The notes under the pieces are model-generated. The model made no database searches and was not told the origin of the DNA. It saw only the letters and a program-made list of their open reading frames with translations. A DNA stretch of 64,000 nucleotides, from NCBI GenBank assembly GCA_951406725.2, contig OX597817.1, positions 160,952,001-161,016,000 on the forward strand, read 5' to 3'. Below, one piece after another: positions 27,281-41,443 of this stretch. Both the position numbers and the translations under genes were made by a program. This DNA comes from Octopus vulgaris. Lineage: Eukaryota. Positions within the stretch are counted from its first letter, which is position 1. Each line of letters starts with the position of its first letter.

Positions 27281-28482
27281 TCGTTCTCTCTCTGTCACAG
27301 TGCATGCAGACATGTACAACGAAACACGTGCTCCAGCGTTGCAACCCCGCCACTCACCAAAAGCATGTTTCTCGGTTTAACAACTGGAAAAAAAGAGACC
27401 AGGCTGCCGATTAGTTAAAATGTTGTCCACGTTTAATTAAATGTCAACGAGGAAGATGAACGTGTCAAAGTTCAATGGGAATGTTTGAGAGTGGGGTTGG
27501 AGAGGGGCGGGTGGGTGGGATGGCACGACGGCCGTGGGAGGGAGGGGGTTAAATGTGGAGGGAGGCCTAAAGGAGTGACCCCGGTGTCTAGTGATGCTAG
27601 TAGTTCACTCCGAACCTTACAATGAGAGAATTGAGAAAAATAGTGTGTGTATATCTGCTACACACGCATGAAAATTCACACATACATACATACATACATA
27701 CATACATACATACATACATACATACATGCACACATGCGCCCGTACACAAACGCACACTCGTAGGTTATAGATATTTACAGGAACAAAATCAGAGTATTCA
27801 GTACACTAGAATGAAATATATTTCATGATAGAGCCTGCAAATCGTAATACATCGTGACAAAGCGTTTGACGTCCAGGATTACGGATAATCATCATACGAT
27901 TAGCGATCCTATCTCTAACTTAAAAATCAGCGACATAAATGAATTGTTATTTTTTTTTCTGTAGTTTCCGGCATTGCATAAGGATTAGTTTCCCATATAT
28001 CAATCAGGATATGGGGCTGTTATTACTGAGGGTGTACTATTGATGCAAGTATCATTCTATTACTACCACTACTACTTCCCCCCCCACCACCACCACCACT
28101 ACTACTGTCGCCACCACGATCACGACCACCAATACCACTACTACTACCACCGCCACCACCACCACTACAGCTACTACTTAGTATACTGCTTCTGTAAAAT
28201 TTAATTTTTAATTAAATTTAAATTAAAGATACTGCTTCTGTAAAATTTAATTTTTAATTAAATTTAAATTAAAGACACAGTTTACATCTCCAGTTTACAG
28301 TTCCAGGTTCAGTCCCACTGCATGGCACATTGGGTCTTCTAATATAGCCTTGGGTCGATCAGTGTCTTGTAAGTGGATTTGGTAGGTGTAAACTGAAATT
28401 TTAATTTAATTTAATTAAGCAGTTTTAAAATAGTTGAAACTCAGAAATGGATGAAAGCTTGTGGAGACCTGATAACAATAAT

Positions 28483-28840
28483 CGTTTTTCTACTTTACGC
28501 ACAAGGCCCGAAATTTTGGGAGAGGGAGCCAGTTGATTAGATCGACCCCCGAAAGGATGAAACGCAAAGTCGACCTCGGCGGAATTTGAACTCAGAACGT
28601 AAAGACAAACGAAATACCTATTTCTTTACTACCCACAAGGGGCTAAACACAGAGGAGACAAACAAGGACAGACAAACGGATTAAGTCGATTATATCGACC
28701 CCAGTGCGTAACTGGTACTTATTTAATCGACTCCGAAAGGATGAAAGGCAAAGTCGACCTCGGCGGAATTTGAACTCAGAACGTGGCGGCAGACGAAATA
28801 CTGCTAAGCGTTTCGCTCGGCGTGCTAACGATTCTGCCAG
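28483..28840 (-). mobile_element. SINE family C heterodimer
   Basis: Same junction (GAAATACC|TATTTC on +) as the other multimers. Confidence 0.8.
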
Positions 28841-29235
28841 ACAGGTAAACAGGCAAACAGACAGACAAACAGACAGACTGACAGACAGATAGATTAAAGT
28901 AAGAATGAAAAGCAAAATGTTTGGCATCACCTGAAAAGGACTGAGAATATAAATATATTCACTTGAAAAGGACATTTAATTTAAATAGAGAAAGAATATA
29001 AACATACACTCTATCTAAATCAAATGTCCTTTTCAAGTAGTGCCAAAAGTTTTGGTTTTTCCTTTTTACTTTTATCTATATCTACCTGCTCAAGGAAAAG
29101 CCACCGCCAGCCGCCTCTGATAGGCAGTCTCAACGTTTCACTTTCAGTTACACAGTTCAGGCAAGAGTGTTTGTGGTAAACGTACTGAACATCTCATAGT
29201 ACGTACCTATTACTTTACGTCAGCTGACGAAAGCT

Positions 29236-29294
<59 letters not shown>

Positions 29295-29568
29295 TATATA
29301 TATTTCAAGAAAGTTAGAGGTTGTGAATCCAACCAACTAAGGGATAATATCTATCCAATATACTGCTGGGAGAATTAATTGCTGGTATCTTTATATATTA
29401 ATATATCATATATGTAAAACATAATATGTTATACATGTATGTATATTCTTGTAATTGCCATTTTAGTAAATAAATTGACATAATATGTCTAAAAGTTGAT
29501 GAATACCACCTATTGATCCCCTCCATTTTCTTATTGCTCTCTCTCTCTCTCTCCCTCTCTCTCTCTCC

Positions 29569-29669
<101 letters not shown>

Positions 29670-30122
29670 AAATATTTATGTATATAGATATGCATATTAT
29701 GTATGTGTGTACGCATGTATGTATGGATATATATATATGTCTGAATGTATAGATAGATAGATAGATATACATATATACGTATTTACATATATATATATAT
29801 ATATGTATGTATGTATGTGTATTTATGTGTGTATGCATACACATACATACATGCATGCATACATACATAAACACATACATGCATAATCTTGAAATCGTGA
29901 AAAACTGAACAATGGCATACATACATACATACATACATACATACATACATACATACATACATACATACATACATACATACATACATACATACATGCGTAC
30001 GTACACACACACACACACGCGTATGTACATGAAATTTGTTACACAACAATGCGTTAACAAAGTGACATTTCTCAGTGATTTTATGTCACCCTGTTTGTCA
30101 GAAGTTTAAGATATACACACAG

Positions 30123-30155
<33 letters not shown>

Positions 30156-30593
30156 TACATACACACACAGTACCCCGTACCCCAGCCCTAACCACGTTTC
30201 CATTTGTCAATGAAGGAAGGGCCTGTTTTCCTGCCAACCCAAACAAGAAAACAACTGGTAATAAACGAGTCCCCTGTGAAAAAAAAAAAAAAAAAAAAAA
30301 AAAAGATAAGAAATGAATATATTATAAAAAAAAAAAAAAGTACCCGAGAATGTTAGTCACCCTTGAAACAAGTTTGTTTAACAGGTTTACAACATGGGCA
30401 ATTATATCCTGTAGGTGGGGGACTGTCCCCTTCCCCATTTCACCTGTAGGGTCTTCTGCGTTTGGACGCTTGTCTCCTTCATCTGTTGTCAGGTGAACTA
30501 TGTCACCCCTTTCAGCTCGGTGTTCGTAGCTGCTTCAACAGCAGTCACAAGCCCTCTCTGCGTAACTAGCATTGCTTGCACAACCTCCGACGT

Positions 30594-31245
30594 CACCACC
30601 ACCAACACTACCAGCAACACCAACCACCACCACCACCACCATCTACCACCACCACCACCATCTACCACCACCACCACCACCACCATCACCACCACTACCA
30701 GCAACATCACCACCACCACCACCACCACCACCATCTACCACCACCACCACCACCACCACTACCACCACCATCTACCACCACCACCACCACCACCACCACC
30801 ACCACCACCACCACTACCACCATCTACCACCACCACCACCACCACCACTACCAGCAACACCACCACCACCACCAACATCAACAACAACATCACTACCACT
30901 AACACCACTACTACCAACACCACTACCACCACCACCACCACCACCACCACCACTGCTACTATTACCCCATCGTAGCTATCACCATCATCAGCACTACCAT
31001 CAACATCAGCATCACCAACCACACAACTACCACCACCACCACTACTACTACCACCACTACCACCACCACCACCACCACCACCACCACCACTACCAGCAAC
31101 ACCACCACCACCAACATCAACAACAACATCACTACCACTAACACCAGCACCAGCACCACTACCACCATTTCCTCATCGCTGCCATCACCATCATTAGCAT
31201 TACCATCAACGACATCAGCATCACCAACAACAATATTACCACCAC
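30594..31245. repeat. (CAC/TAC/CAA) low-complexity trinucleotide repeat
   Basis: Directly visible. Confidence 0.9.
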
Positions 31246-31246
31246 C

Positions 31247-32214
31247 TATTTCTTTATTACCCACAAGGGATTAAACACAGAGAAGACAAACAAAGACATA
31301 CAAACGGATTAAGTCGATTACATCGACCCCAGTGCGTAACTGGTACTTAATTTATCGACCCCGAAAGGATGAAAGGCAAAGTCGACCTCGGCGGAATTTG
31401 AACTTAGAACGTAGCAGCAGACGAAATACCTATTTCTTTACTACCCACAAGGGGCTAAACACAGAGAGGACAAACAAGGACAGACAAACGGATTAAGTCG
31501 ATTATATCGACCCCAGTGCGTAACTGGTATTTAATTTATCGACCTCGAAAGGATGAAAGGCAAAGTCGACCTCGGCGGAATTTGAACTTAGAACGTAGCA
31601 GCAGACGAAATACCTATTTCTTTACTACCCACAAGGGGCTAAACACAGAGAGGACAAACAAGGACAGACAAACGGATTAAGTCGATTACATCGACCCCAG
31701 TGCGTAACTGGTACTTAATTTATCGACTCCGAAAGGACGAAAGGCAAAGTCGACCTCGGCGGAATTTGAACTTAGAACGTAGCAGCAGACGAAATACCTA
31801 TTTCTTTACTACCCACAAGGGGCTAAACACAGAGAGGACAAACAAGGACAGACAAACGGATTAAGTCGATTATATCGACCCCAGTGCGTAACTGGTATTT
31901 AATTTATCGACCTCGAAAGGATGAAAGGCAAAGTCGACCTCGGCGGAATTTGAACTTAGAACGTAGCAGCAGACGAAATACCTATTTCTTTACTACCCAC
32001 AAGGGGCTAAACACAGAGAGGACAAACAAAGACATACAAACGGATTAAGTCGATTACATCGACCCCAGTGCGTAACTGGTACTTAATTTATCGACCCCGA
32101 AAGGATGAAAGGCAAAGTCGACCTCGGCGGAATTTGAACTCAGAACGTAACGGCAGATGAAATACGGCTACGCATTTCGCCCGGCGTGCTAACATTTCTG
32201 CCAGCTCGGCGCCT
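31247..32214 (-). mobile_element. SINE family C pentamer: one head plus five 184-bp units in tandem
   Basis: Unit boundaries TATTTCTTT at 31247, 31431, 31615, 31799, 31983. Confidence 0.92.
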
Positions 32215-32541
32215 TCACACCAACACCACCACCACCACCACTACTACCACAACCAATACGACTACCATCACACTACCACCACCAACGACAATAACAACAA
32301 CGGCAACACGAGCCGACTAAGTAAACTCTAAGTCGTAACTCCATCTGGAAGAAATAGCAACCAAATCTTCCTCAGATCACCCCCACCCTATCATGTAGAA
32401 ACACGAGCAAATTGAATAATGAATTCTGGCTTACACAATCCATGAAAACAAAAGATGGGATGGTCACGGTTTGAACACTGTTTTTTGATCGTTGCTGACT
32501 TGGGAACAGACAACAATCACGTACACCATCTGCTTCATCTT

Positions 32542-32542
32542 C

Positions 32543-32602
<60 letters not shown>

Positions 32603-32860
32603 GCCACCACCACCACCACCACTACTACTACTACCACCACCACCGCCATCACCACTACTACTACTACTGCCACCACCACCACCACCACCACCACTACTAC
32701 TACTACCACCACCACCGCCACCACCACTACTACTACTACTGCTACCACCACCACCACCACCACTACTACTACTACTACCACCACCACCACTACTAATACT
32801 ACTACCACCACCACCACCCCTACAGCTACTACTGCTACCACCACCACCACCACCACCACC

Positions 32861-32898
<38 letters not shown>

Positions 32899-32902
32899 AA
32901 CC

Positions 32903-32945
<43 letters not shown>

Positions 32946-32955
32946 ATACTACTAT
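32542..32955. repeat. (TAC/CAC) compound microsatellite
   Basis: Directly visible. Confidence 0.92.
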
Positions 32956-33189
32956 CCAAAGACAAGGGGTTTATTATTCCCACATTCCCACAGAAATGAC
33001 TTTTATAGATATAGACAATCAACGCCAACATTTATACCCGCTTACGCACATCCACCCATCCACAATTGTAATGCCGTGTACGTATTTATTCATCTTTATA
33101 CACGCACACATACAAAACTATTTTACATTCCACAAGCCAACGTGTATTTAAATGAGTGGATATGCGTACCCGCCCAATGTGTGTGTGAG

Positions 33190-33400
33190 TACTCTTTCAC
33201 TCTTTCACTTGTTTCAGTCATTTGACTGGGGCCATGCTGGAGCACCACCTTTAGTCAAGCAAATCGACCCCGGGACTTATTCTTTGTAAGCCCAGTACTT
33301 ATTCTATCGGTCTCTTTTTGCCGAACCGCTAAGTGACGGGGACGTAAACACACCAGCATCGGTTGTCAAGCGATGGTGGGGGAACAAACACAGACACACA

Positions 33401-33440
<40 letters not shown>

Positions 33441-33598
33441 TATACGACAGGCTTCTTTCAGTTTCCGTCTACCAAATCCACTCACAAGGCATTGGTCGGC
33501 TCGAGGCTATAGCAGAAGACACTTGCCCAAGATGCCACGCAGTGGGACTGAACTCGGAACCATGTGGTTGGTAAGCAAGCTACTTACCACACAGCCAC
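33190..33598 (-). mobile_element. SINE family B
   Basis: Reverse-complement match to family B. Confidence 0.88.
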
Positions 33599-33709
33599 AC
33601 ATTATGCGTATACATGCACACATTTGTCCTTAAATTAATGTTAATGCTAACACTTAAACACCTCTTGTGATTTTCGATCATCTTTATAAACATTCCGTTC
33701 ACTTTTCAG

Positions 33710-33785
33710 GTCTGTGGGGAATACTGCCACCTCCAAGTCGAAGCGACATCTGGGCCGATAGAAACAATGTAAAATATTTAGAAAG
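33710..33785 (+). CDS. HEXXH zinc metallopeptidase gene, first identifiable exon (upstream exon(s) not located)
   Basis: ttttcAG acceptor, GTAAGT donor; (G)LWGILPPPSRSDIWADRNNVKYLE; phase-2 end joins the next exon as AG+T=Ser. Confidence 0.7.
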
Positions 33786-35460
33786 GTAAGTAAGCAATAA
33801 AGACGAGAACTGCTGCCGTGACTGACGCAGTAAGATATTCAACTGTCTGGAAAGTAGCACCGAGGAGAAAGTGTAACGACCACAGTATTTACCACAAATC
33901 CCATTACTATTTGAGAAATACACCAAATTACAGAAATATTATCATAGTTTTGCAGGTTTTCAGGATTTGTTTGTCTCTACACGAAATAAAAATGAAAAAT
34001 ATTTCGAAAAGGTTGTATTTTCAAATTACTGCTTCCGTTCAAGTGAATAACTCGTAACAGGATGTAAGGTCTGGAACACTTGTGGGGTGCAGGTCTCATC
34101 CCGTTACATTAAATTATTTGTCGAAGGAAAACCAAGACTTCGAATATCTTCAACAGCATAAATAATATTTATTTTTCTGGATCCGCAATAATATATATAT
34201 ACATATATTTCCTTCAGGGCGAACCGGTAGCCATGGGCCATGGAGCTAGTCACAATAGTTAAAATGGTGTGAGCCAAATGTTGTCTCGTTCCAGCGTAGT
34301 GTAGCTTCGCCACGTGTTGGCTTGCTTGCTTGGGAGAGCTATGAGAACGCGTCCGTTCAATTCGGCTGCAGCTTCGAAAGAGATCGATACAGCGGGAAAT
34401 CTTGCTGTTGGTATTTCTCTGCGCATGCGCATGAGGAAACTTCTGGCGGCCTGCTGGAAGAAATCCAACTCTGCGCATGCGCACTGAAGACTTCCAAAAT
34501 GGCATCACTACAAACTCGTCCTCAGAAGCAACTTTGTTTCAATAGAGATAATAAAGATGCTGGGGGAAACACTGTAAATTGACGCTGAGGGAATGGAAAC
34601 CAAATACAATTAAGGGAAATTAACCTCTGTAAATGGAATAATGAAGATGAGAAAAGGAAAGACTGGGGTAGGAAGGAAAAGTAGGTGTAAAACTTAAGTA
34701 GATAAAATAAGAGAAGGAATGTTGAAATAAGAACATGCAAAGAAAATCTGAGGTAAAATAATATCAGCTTTCTATGAATATGAGTGATTCTAGTTGGTTG
34801 AAGGGGGTACTTTTTAGTTGCATTATAGATGCTTTTCGCAATGCCTCTCTTTCTCGAATATCTCTAATCTAATTTCCTTTCTCCTTATTTTCCTCCTGAG
34901 TGGAGTTCACACCTTTCACTTCCACCCACCATTATATATATGTGTGTGTACATATATATAATGCTTGTTTTTATGTTCAGTTATAATAAAAACCATACAT
35001 AGATACATACATACATACATACACAGAATATATTTATAGAGAGAGAGAAAGAGATAGATACACACATACATACATACATACATACATACATACATACATA
35101 CATACATACATACATACATACATACACACATACATGCATACATACATACATACATACACACACATACACACATACATAAAAACAAACAATATATGTATAT
35201 GGATAGATAAATATACAGCCATATATACGTACTGATACAGCTTACACAAATTTGCATTGAGTCTTTTATGAGGGATCTTTCCAAAATATACAAAAATCAT
35301 ATCTCTTTGTGCGCGCGCGTGCGTATATGTGTGTACATGTGTGTATGTGTGAATGTGTGTGTGAGTGTGTGTGTGTGTGTGTGCATACATTTTAAAATAA
35401 TTATCTAATTTTTATATTCTATAATGTGTTGTACAATTCTTCTCGTTTTCACTTCCACAG

Positions 35461-35599
35461 TATTGAAGAAGTAAGGTCCGATGCCCACTTCTCCACAGCT
35501 TATATCACATATGGTGGAGAGATACACTGGCATGATGTTCCACCACCGAGACTCGAAGTTCTAGCAAGCAGTCTGGTGTCAAAGCTGGCGCACAAAAAA
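35461..35599 (+). CDS. HEXXH metallopeptidase exon
   Basis: ttccacAG / GTAGGT; [46 protein letters not shown]; phases 2 to 0. Confidence 0.82.
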
Positions 35600-35694
35600 G
35601 TAGGTCCAATCTTGTTAACTTCTGTTATTCTCATATATTTAAATGTGATATGCATATCATTTTCACTTTCATTATTCATATACGTATGTATGTT

Positions 35695-35801
<107 letters not shown>

Positions 35802-35802
35802 G

Positions 35803-35867
<65 letters not shown>

Positions 35868-35927
35868 GTATAAGTATATATATATAGGAAAAATAACAAG
35901 CAAGAGTTCAAAATGCAATACATTTTA

Positions 35928-35974
<47 letters not shown>

Positions 35975-36563
35975 TACATGTGTGTGTGTGTATGTTCTGG
36001 TCAGCAGAAAATAAAGAAGGAGAATGGAAATCAGATTAGAGCTATTCAGGAAAGATAGACCATTTGAAAAGCATCTATAATGCGACTAAAAACACCACCT
36101 TTAATCGACTAGAACCACACATATTTGAATAAAAGAATTTTTTAATTTTTTAACATAGGAGGTAAATATTTCTATTATATATCTTTTACTACAAAGGTAA
36201 AAATACAAAAATATGTTTTCACATCACAAATGTTTTCATATAACAGTTTTACTCTAAAAATATTAGTGTTTGCTTTCACAAGGTGAGTTTTACACACACA
36301 TATATTTAAAAGAGAGAGAAAATCATATATTACTGAGAAGTTTACACATAGTAAAAAGTTTTCGTATAAAAACGTTTTACTGAATGAATTTTAGTGCATA
36401 TTGGAGCACTCACTGACCAAGGACAGTTTTCGCTGTCGTTCACCTTCACGAAGTTTAAAATATGTCCTTTTCAACGCATTTTTAGTATAAATGTGCGTGT
36501 GTGTATATATGTTGCATTGAATACGCCGTGTTCTAGTTATATCTTTTATTACAAATTTTGTTT

Positions 36564-37245
36564 GGATCTTTACCTTTTGACCGACAGATTTAAAGAATAA
36601 TTTTTTGTAACTAAACACTTTCAAATTTCGGACACTGGTAGAATGTGCCATATAAAACATCTTTTACTCTTAGCGTTTTTGAGAAAAACTTATATTTAGG
36701 AAGTTATTTCACGTTAAAGTTGTAGTATTTCGGTAATTTAAACCAATCAATGACGTGTATTCAGCTGAATAAAATTACTGCTGTTGTTTGTCAACAAGAA
36801 CTTCCGGCGGTGTATATTTCGCTTGTCACTGTTATTTATGACAAACCTAACCCTAAAACCCTAATCCTAACCCCAAAACCTTAACCCTAGCCCTAAAATC
36901 CTAACCCTAACACCCTAACCCTAACCCTAAAACCTTAAAGCTAAAAATCAGTACAAACGCACGAACGATGTCATAAATAACAGTGACAAACGAAAAACAC
37001 ACCGCTGATAGTTGTTGTTGACAACAACGGCAGTAATTATATTCAGCTGATTACACGTCATTGATTGGTTGAAATTACCGAAATAGGACTACTTTAACGT
37101 GAAATTACTTCATAAATATAAGTTTTTCTCAAAAATGCTAAGAGTAAAAGATGTTTTATATGACACATTCTACCAGTGTCCGAAATTTGAAAGTGTTTAG
37201 TTACAAAATTATTTTTTAAATCTGTCGGTCAAAAGGTAAAGATAC
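36564..37245. mobile_element. Fold-back MITE (Merlin-like GG-start TIRs) with internal (CCCTAA)-like repeats
   Basis: About 280-bp imperfect TIRs GGATCTTTACCTTTTGACCGACAG / CTGTCGGTCAAAAGGTAAAGATAC; centre AACCCTAA repeats. Confidence 0.8.
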
Positions 37246-37626
37246 AAAATTTTTAGTATTTCCGTGTTAGGCTTTTGTCTGATTTATTATTATTTTTTTA
37301 AATAACAAATTTCCTAGTCCATCAACGTTTGTAGACCTTCACGGTCTTATCTTCTGAGTGAAAGTATTACTAGAGACGTCTGATATTGTTTTTTTTTATG
37401 GTGGTAAAGAACCAAATAAATGAAGTCTTTGTAATGAAGTTGGATTTAAAATGTTGACTGTTAAATTCAAGTAATCAACAAATGTTCCTACTTATTACTA
37501 GGATGTAGTATCTATATATTAATGCTGGGTTGACGTTTTGCTATTACGATAACTACTATAACTAATTTTCCAATTGTTAAGTCAGTTTTCTATATAAGGA
37601 AGAATCCTATGCAAGAAAATTATATT

Positions 37627-37822
37627 AGGCGTAGGAGTGGCTGTGTGGTAAGTAGCTTGCTTACAAACTACATGGTTCCGGATTCATTCCCACTGCGTGG
37701 CACCTTGGGCAAGTGTCTTCTACTATAGCCTCGGGCCGACCAAAGCCATGCGAACGGATTTGGTAGACGGAAACTGAAAGAAGCCCGTCATATATATGTA
37801 TATATATATATATGTGTGTGTG

Positions 37823-37892
<70 letters not shown>

Positions 37893-38108
37893 AGTTTGTG
37901 TGTCTGTGTTTGTCCCCCTAACATCACTTGACAACTGATGCTGGTGTGTTTACGTCCCCGTAACTTAGCGGTTCTGCAAAAGAGACCGATAGAATAAGTA
38001 CTAGGCTTACAAAGAATAAGTCCTGGGGTCGATTTGCTCGACTAAAGGCGGTGCTCCAGCATGGCCACAGTCAAATGACTGAAACAAGTAAACGAGTAAA
38101 AGAGAGTA
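37627..38108 (+). mobile_element. SINE family B
   Basis: Match to family B. Confidence 0.88.
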
Positions 38109-38479
38109 ATAGAGTATCAACTAATGTGTTTTCATCGACTTTTTTCATTACTTAATTTATAAGTGCTAAACAGAAACAATGTTATGAGCAAAATCTGCGG
38201 TAAACTGGATAATTACGTATCTATGTTTGCAACAAATCAAGCGGATGATGTGATAGGTTCTTCAAAATAACCTTCCCCAATATATCTAAACTCATCTCTC
38301 TTCATGGCATACGAACTATTTTACGTATCGTGATAAATGAGTCTAATAAAAAATTATGATTTTTTATAGCATGATTTTTTTATGTCATATATGAGCGATT
38401 GAGCGTCCGTTGTGATTACAGTTTTCGTAAAAATGTCAAACTAATTTTTTAAAAACATTTCGTGTTTTCTCGTGACCAG

Positions 38480-38633
38480 GCAGCCATAACAGTAAGTAAG
38501 ATGGTTCAATACATGCCAAAAGAGATCTTTGAATCAATCACCAAATCAAAAGGAGTTGGTGTATTTGCCAAGAGCGAAGGTCCAACGATTTATCCAGAAT
38601 TTAAGCGATTTGCTGATCTGCCGGAGTGCAAAG
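38480..38633 (+). CDS. HEXXH metallopeptidase exon
   Basis: gaccAG / GTAAGC; AAITVSKMVQYMPKEIFESITKSKGVGVFAKSEGPTIYPEFKRFADLPECK; phases 0 to 1. Confidence 0.85.
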
Positions 38634-38672
38634 GTAAGCCAATTCTTAAATTACTGGTATTACATGATGTGT

Positions 38673-39400
38673 GGAGGCACAATGGCCCAGTGGTTAGGGC
38701 AGCGGACTCGCGGTCGTAGGATCGCGGTTTTGATTCCCAGACCGGGCATTGTGAGTGTTTATTGAGCGAAAACACATAAAGATCCACGAGGCTCCGGCGG
38801 TGGGGGCGGGTGATCCCTGCTGTACTCTTTCACCACATCTTTCTCTCACTCTTTCTTCTGTTGGCCGGCTCGCTTAGCCAGCGGGGTGGCGTCATCGAAG
38901 GCTAATACAATGCGAAGCGCATTGTGACTAGCGATGTGTAGCAACATGGTATTTGGTCTCAAGAATTTGTCTTATGAAGAAAGGCTGAAGACGCTCGACC
39001 TTTATTCTCTAAAAAACGACGACGCCGCGGTGATCTCATTCTTGCTCACAACATCATAAGCGGAAAGTGTAACCTCTCGAAAGAGCTGTTCTTCATTCCT
39101 GCTCCAGAGCGTCGGCTGCGGGGTCACTCCGAAAAGCTCTATCTGCGACGATTTCATCTCAATCGAAGGAGAGGGGCTTTCTCCGTCCGGGTTGCGGATC
39201 CGTGGAATAAGCTGCCGGACGAGATAGTGAAGATGCCGACGACCTCTCGGTTCAAAGTCTCCCTTGACCACAAATGGCCTGAACTCTTTGTATGAACACC
39301 ACCCTGTACATAATCTCCATGTCCCCCTACATGGCCTTGCTTTTTGCTTTTTGAGCCAAAAATTTAACTTAACTATCATCTGATGGCCTGGTCGGAAATA
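38673..39400 (+). mobile_element. SINE family A variant interrupted by a CR1-like fragment
   Basis: Family A head; duplicated TATTACATGAT flanks at about 38658 and 39471. Confidence 0.75.
38946..39376 (+). mobile_element. 3' end of a CR1-like LINE (ORF2 C-terminus and 3' UTR)
   Basis: Translates with one frameshift to LSYEERLKTLDLYSL...RRRGDLI...RGHSEKL...FSVRVADPWNKLPDEIV...FKVSLD; short TTAAC tail repeats. Confidence 0.82.
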
Positions 39401-39411
39401 TAATAATAATT

Positions 39412-39476
<65 letters not shown>

Positions 39477-40105
39477 ATGATATGTAAGCCAATTCTTAAA
39501 TTGCTTGTGAGCCATTTATTTTATTAAAGGCAGTCGACATAAGTAATTTCTAAAACTAGGGAACAGTTTATCAAATACATTTCAATGTGATACGAGTGTC
39601 AAGTAATCGAGGGGTAAATTATTTAATATACTAGAAAATCGTTACTGAAACTTTTGTCTTGCAAACAAACTTGATAGGGTCAACAGAAACGTAGCTGAGA
39701 TGAACGAGGTGCGGTCCACTCTGAGTAACGCTTTTATGTGGGCGACACTTTTGGCTTTGTTGTTTAAGCTTCTATAGGAGTGGTAAGTTCAAGTGCTACC
39801 TTGAGCCACTGAGGAGCCATCTCTCTCTTCCTAATCAATACAACTCTTAAAAGGATTTTAAATCACCCAGTCACTCACTATTACAAGTTAACGAACCAAA
39901 ATTATCATTTGCATTGCTACGATAATATACGGGAGTTAAAACCTATACATCGGGTCGAGAATTTCCTTAGCAAAACACAAATAACGAATTAATCGCTAAG
40001 ATTTTCAGTTTCTCTAAAACACAAATAAACATGACATCAGTAAAAAAAATAAAAAGCAAAAAAATGGGTTGACAATTTTCTCTATTTTGTTTTATTATAT
40101 AACAG

Positions 40106-40314
40106 GTAAATGTGATGGGCTTTGCCAAATAACGTGTACCCACGACGGACGCAAATACGAACGTGTGGCTGGACTGACTCTCTCAAGGAGTGTATGCTTG
40201 GATCATGTTGTGCTCTGTGATGATCAAGACCCGTATCGATCTCATGAAAACTGTTTGTCCCACGAACTGGGGCACCTCATAATGTCGTACATTCCGAAAA
40301 GCTGGACCAAGAAG
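40106..40314 (+). CDS. HEXXH metallopeptidase exon containing the zinc-binding HELGH motif
   Basis: taacAG / GTAGGA; GKCDGLCQITCTHDGRKYERVAGL...DPYRSHENCLSHELGHLIMSYIPKSWTKK; phases 1 to 0. Confidence 0.9.
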
Positions 40315-40633
40315 GTAGGAACTAAATTTTCATTACACAAAAAAACTGCATTCCAAACGATTATGTAGTTATGTATAGTGGGAGAAAGAGATCCAGAACT
40401 CTAAAGGCAATGGGAAAAGTCGCTGAATAGAGTTCCAACTGGATCTGATCTAGGGAGATTGAAAGTCAATTCAGAAAGCATAATTTACCCTGAATAGCAG
40501 CATGTGTACAAATACCATTGTTGAAATAAACCACTGCTGACTTAACCTCGAAGTCACTGTCAGCAAAATTGTTATAAATATTAAACTCTATACATGTATA
40601 AAGTTCATTTTCCATGGAACTCAAAGCATTTTC

Positions 40634-40701
<68 letters not shown>

Positions 40702-40756
40702 ACATATAAGCATACATACTTGAATAAACGCATGCACGCGCTCAGACGTATATATA

Positions 40757-41443
40757 TGCATACATATATGCACGCACAAATACACATACATACATACATA
40801 CATATATACATACATACATACATACATGCATACATACATAAATACATACATACATACATACATACATAAATGCATACATGCATACATACATACATACATA
40901 CATACATGCATGCATGCATACATACATACATACATACATACATACATAAATGCATACATGCATACATACATACATACATACATACATGCATGCATGCATG
41001 CAAGCATACATACATACATACATACATACATACATACATACATACATGCATGCATGCATGCATGCATACATGCATGCATGCATGCATGCATGCATACATA
41101 TATACATACATACATACATGCATGCATGCATACATACATACATACATACATACATACATACATACATACATGCATACAAGCATACATACATACATACATA
41201 CATACATACATGCATGCATGCATGCATGCATACATGCATGCATGCATGCATGCATACATATATACATACATACATACATGCATGCATGCATACATACATA
41301 CATACATACATACATACATACATACATACATACATACATACACACATACATACATACATACATACATACATACATACATACATACATACACACACACATA
41401 CATACATACATACATACATACATACATACATACATACATACAT
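40757..41443. repeat. (CATA/CATG)n tetranucleotide array
   Basis: Directly visible. Confidence 0.95.

Noticed and set aside
30415-33151. Thr/His/Pro-rich mucin-like ORFs as possible N-terminal exons of the peptidase
   Set aside because: CAC/TAC microsatellites open in all frames, switching residue type mid-ORF; no convincing splice sites
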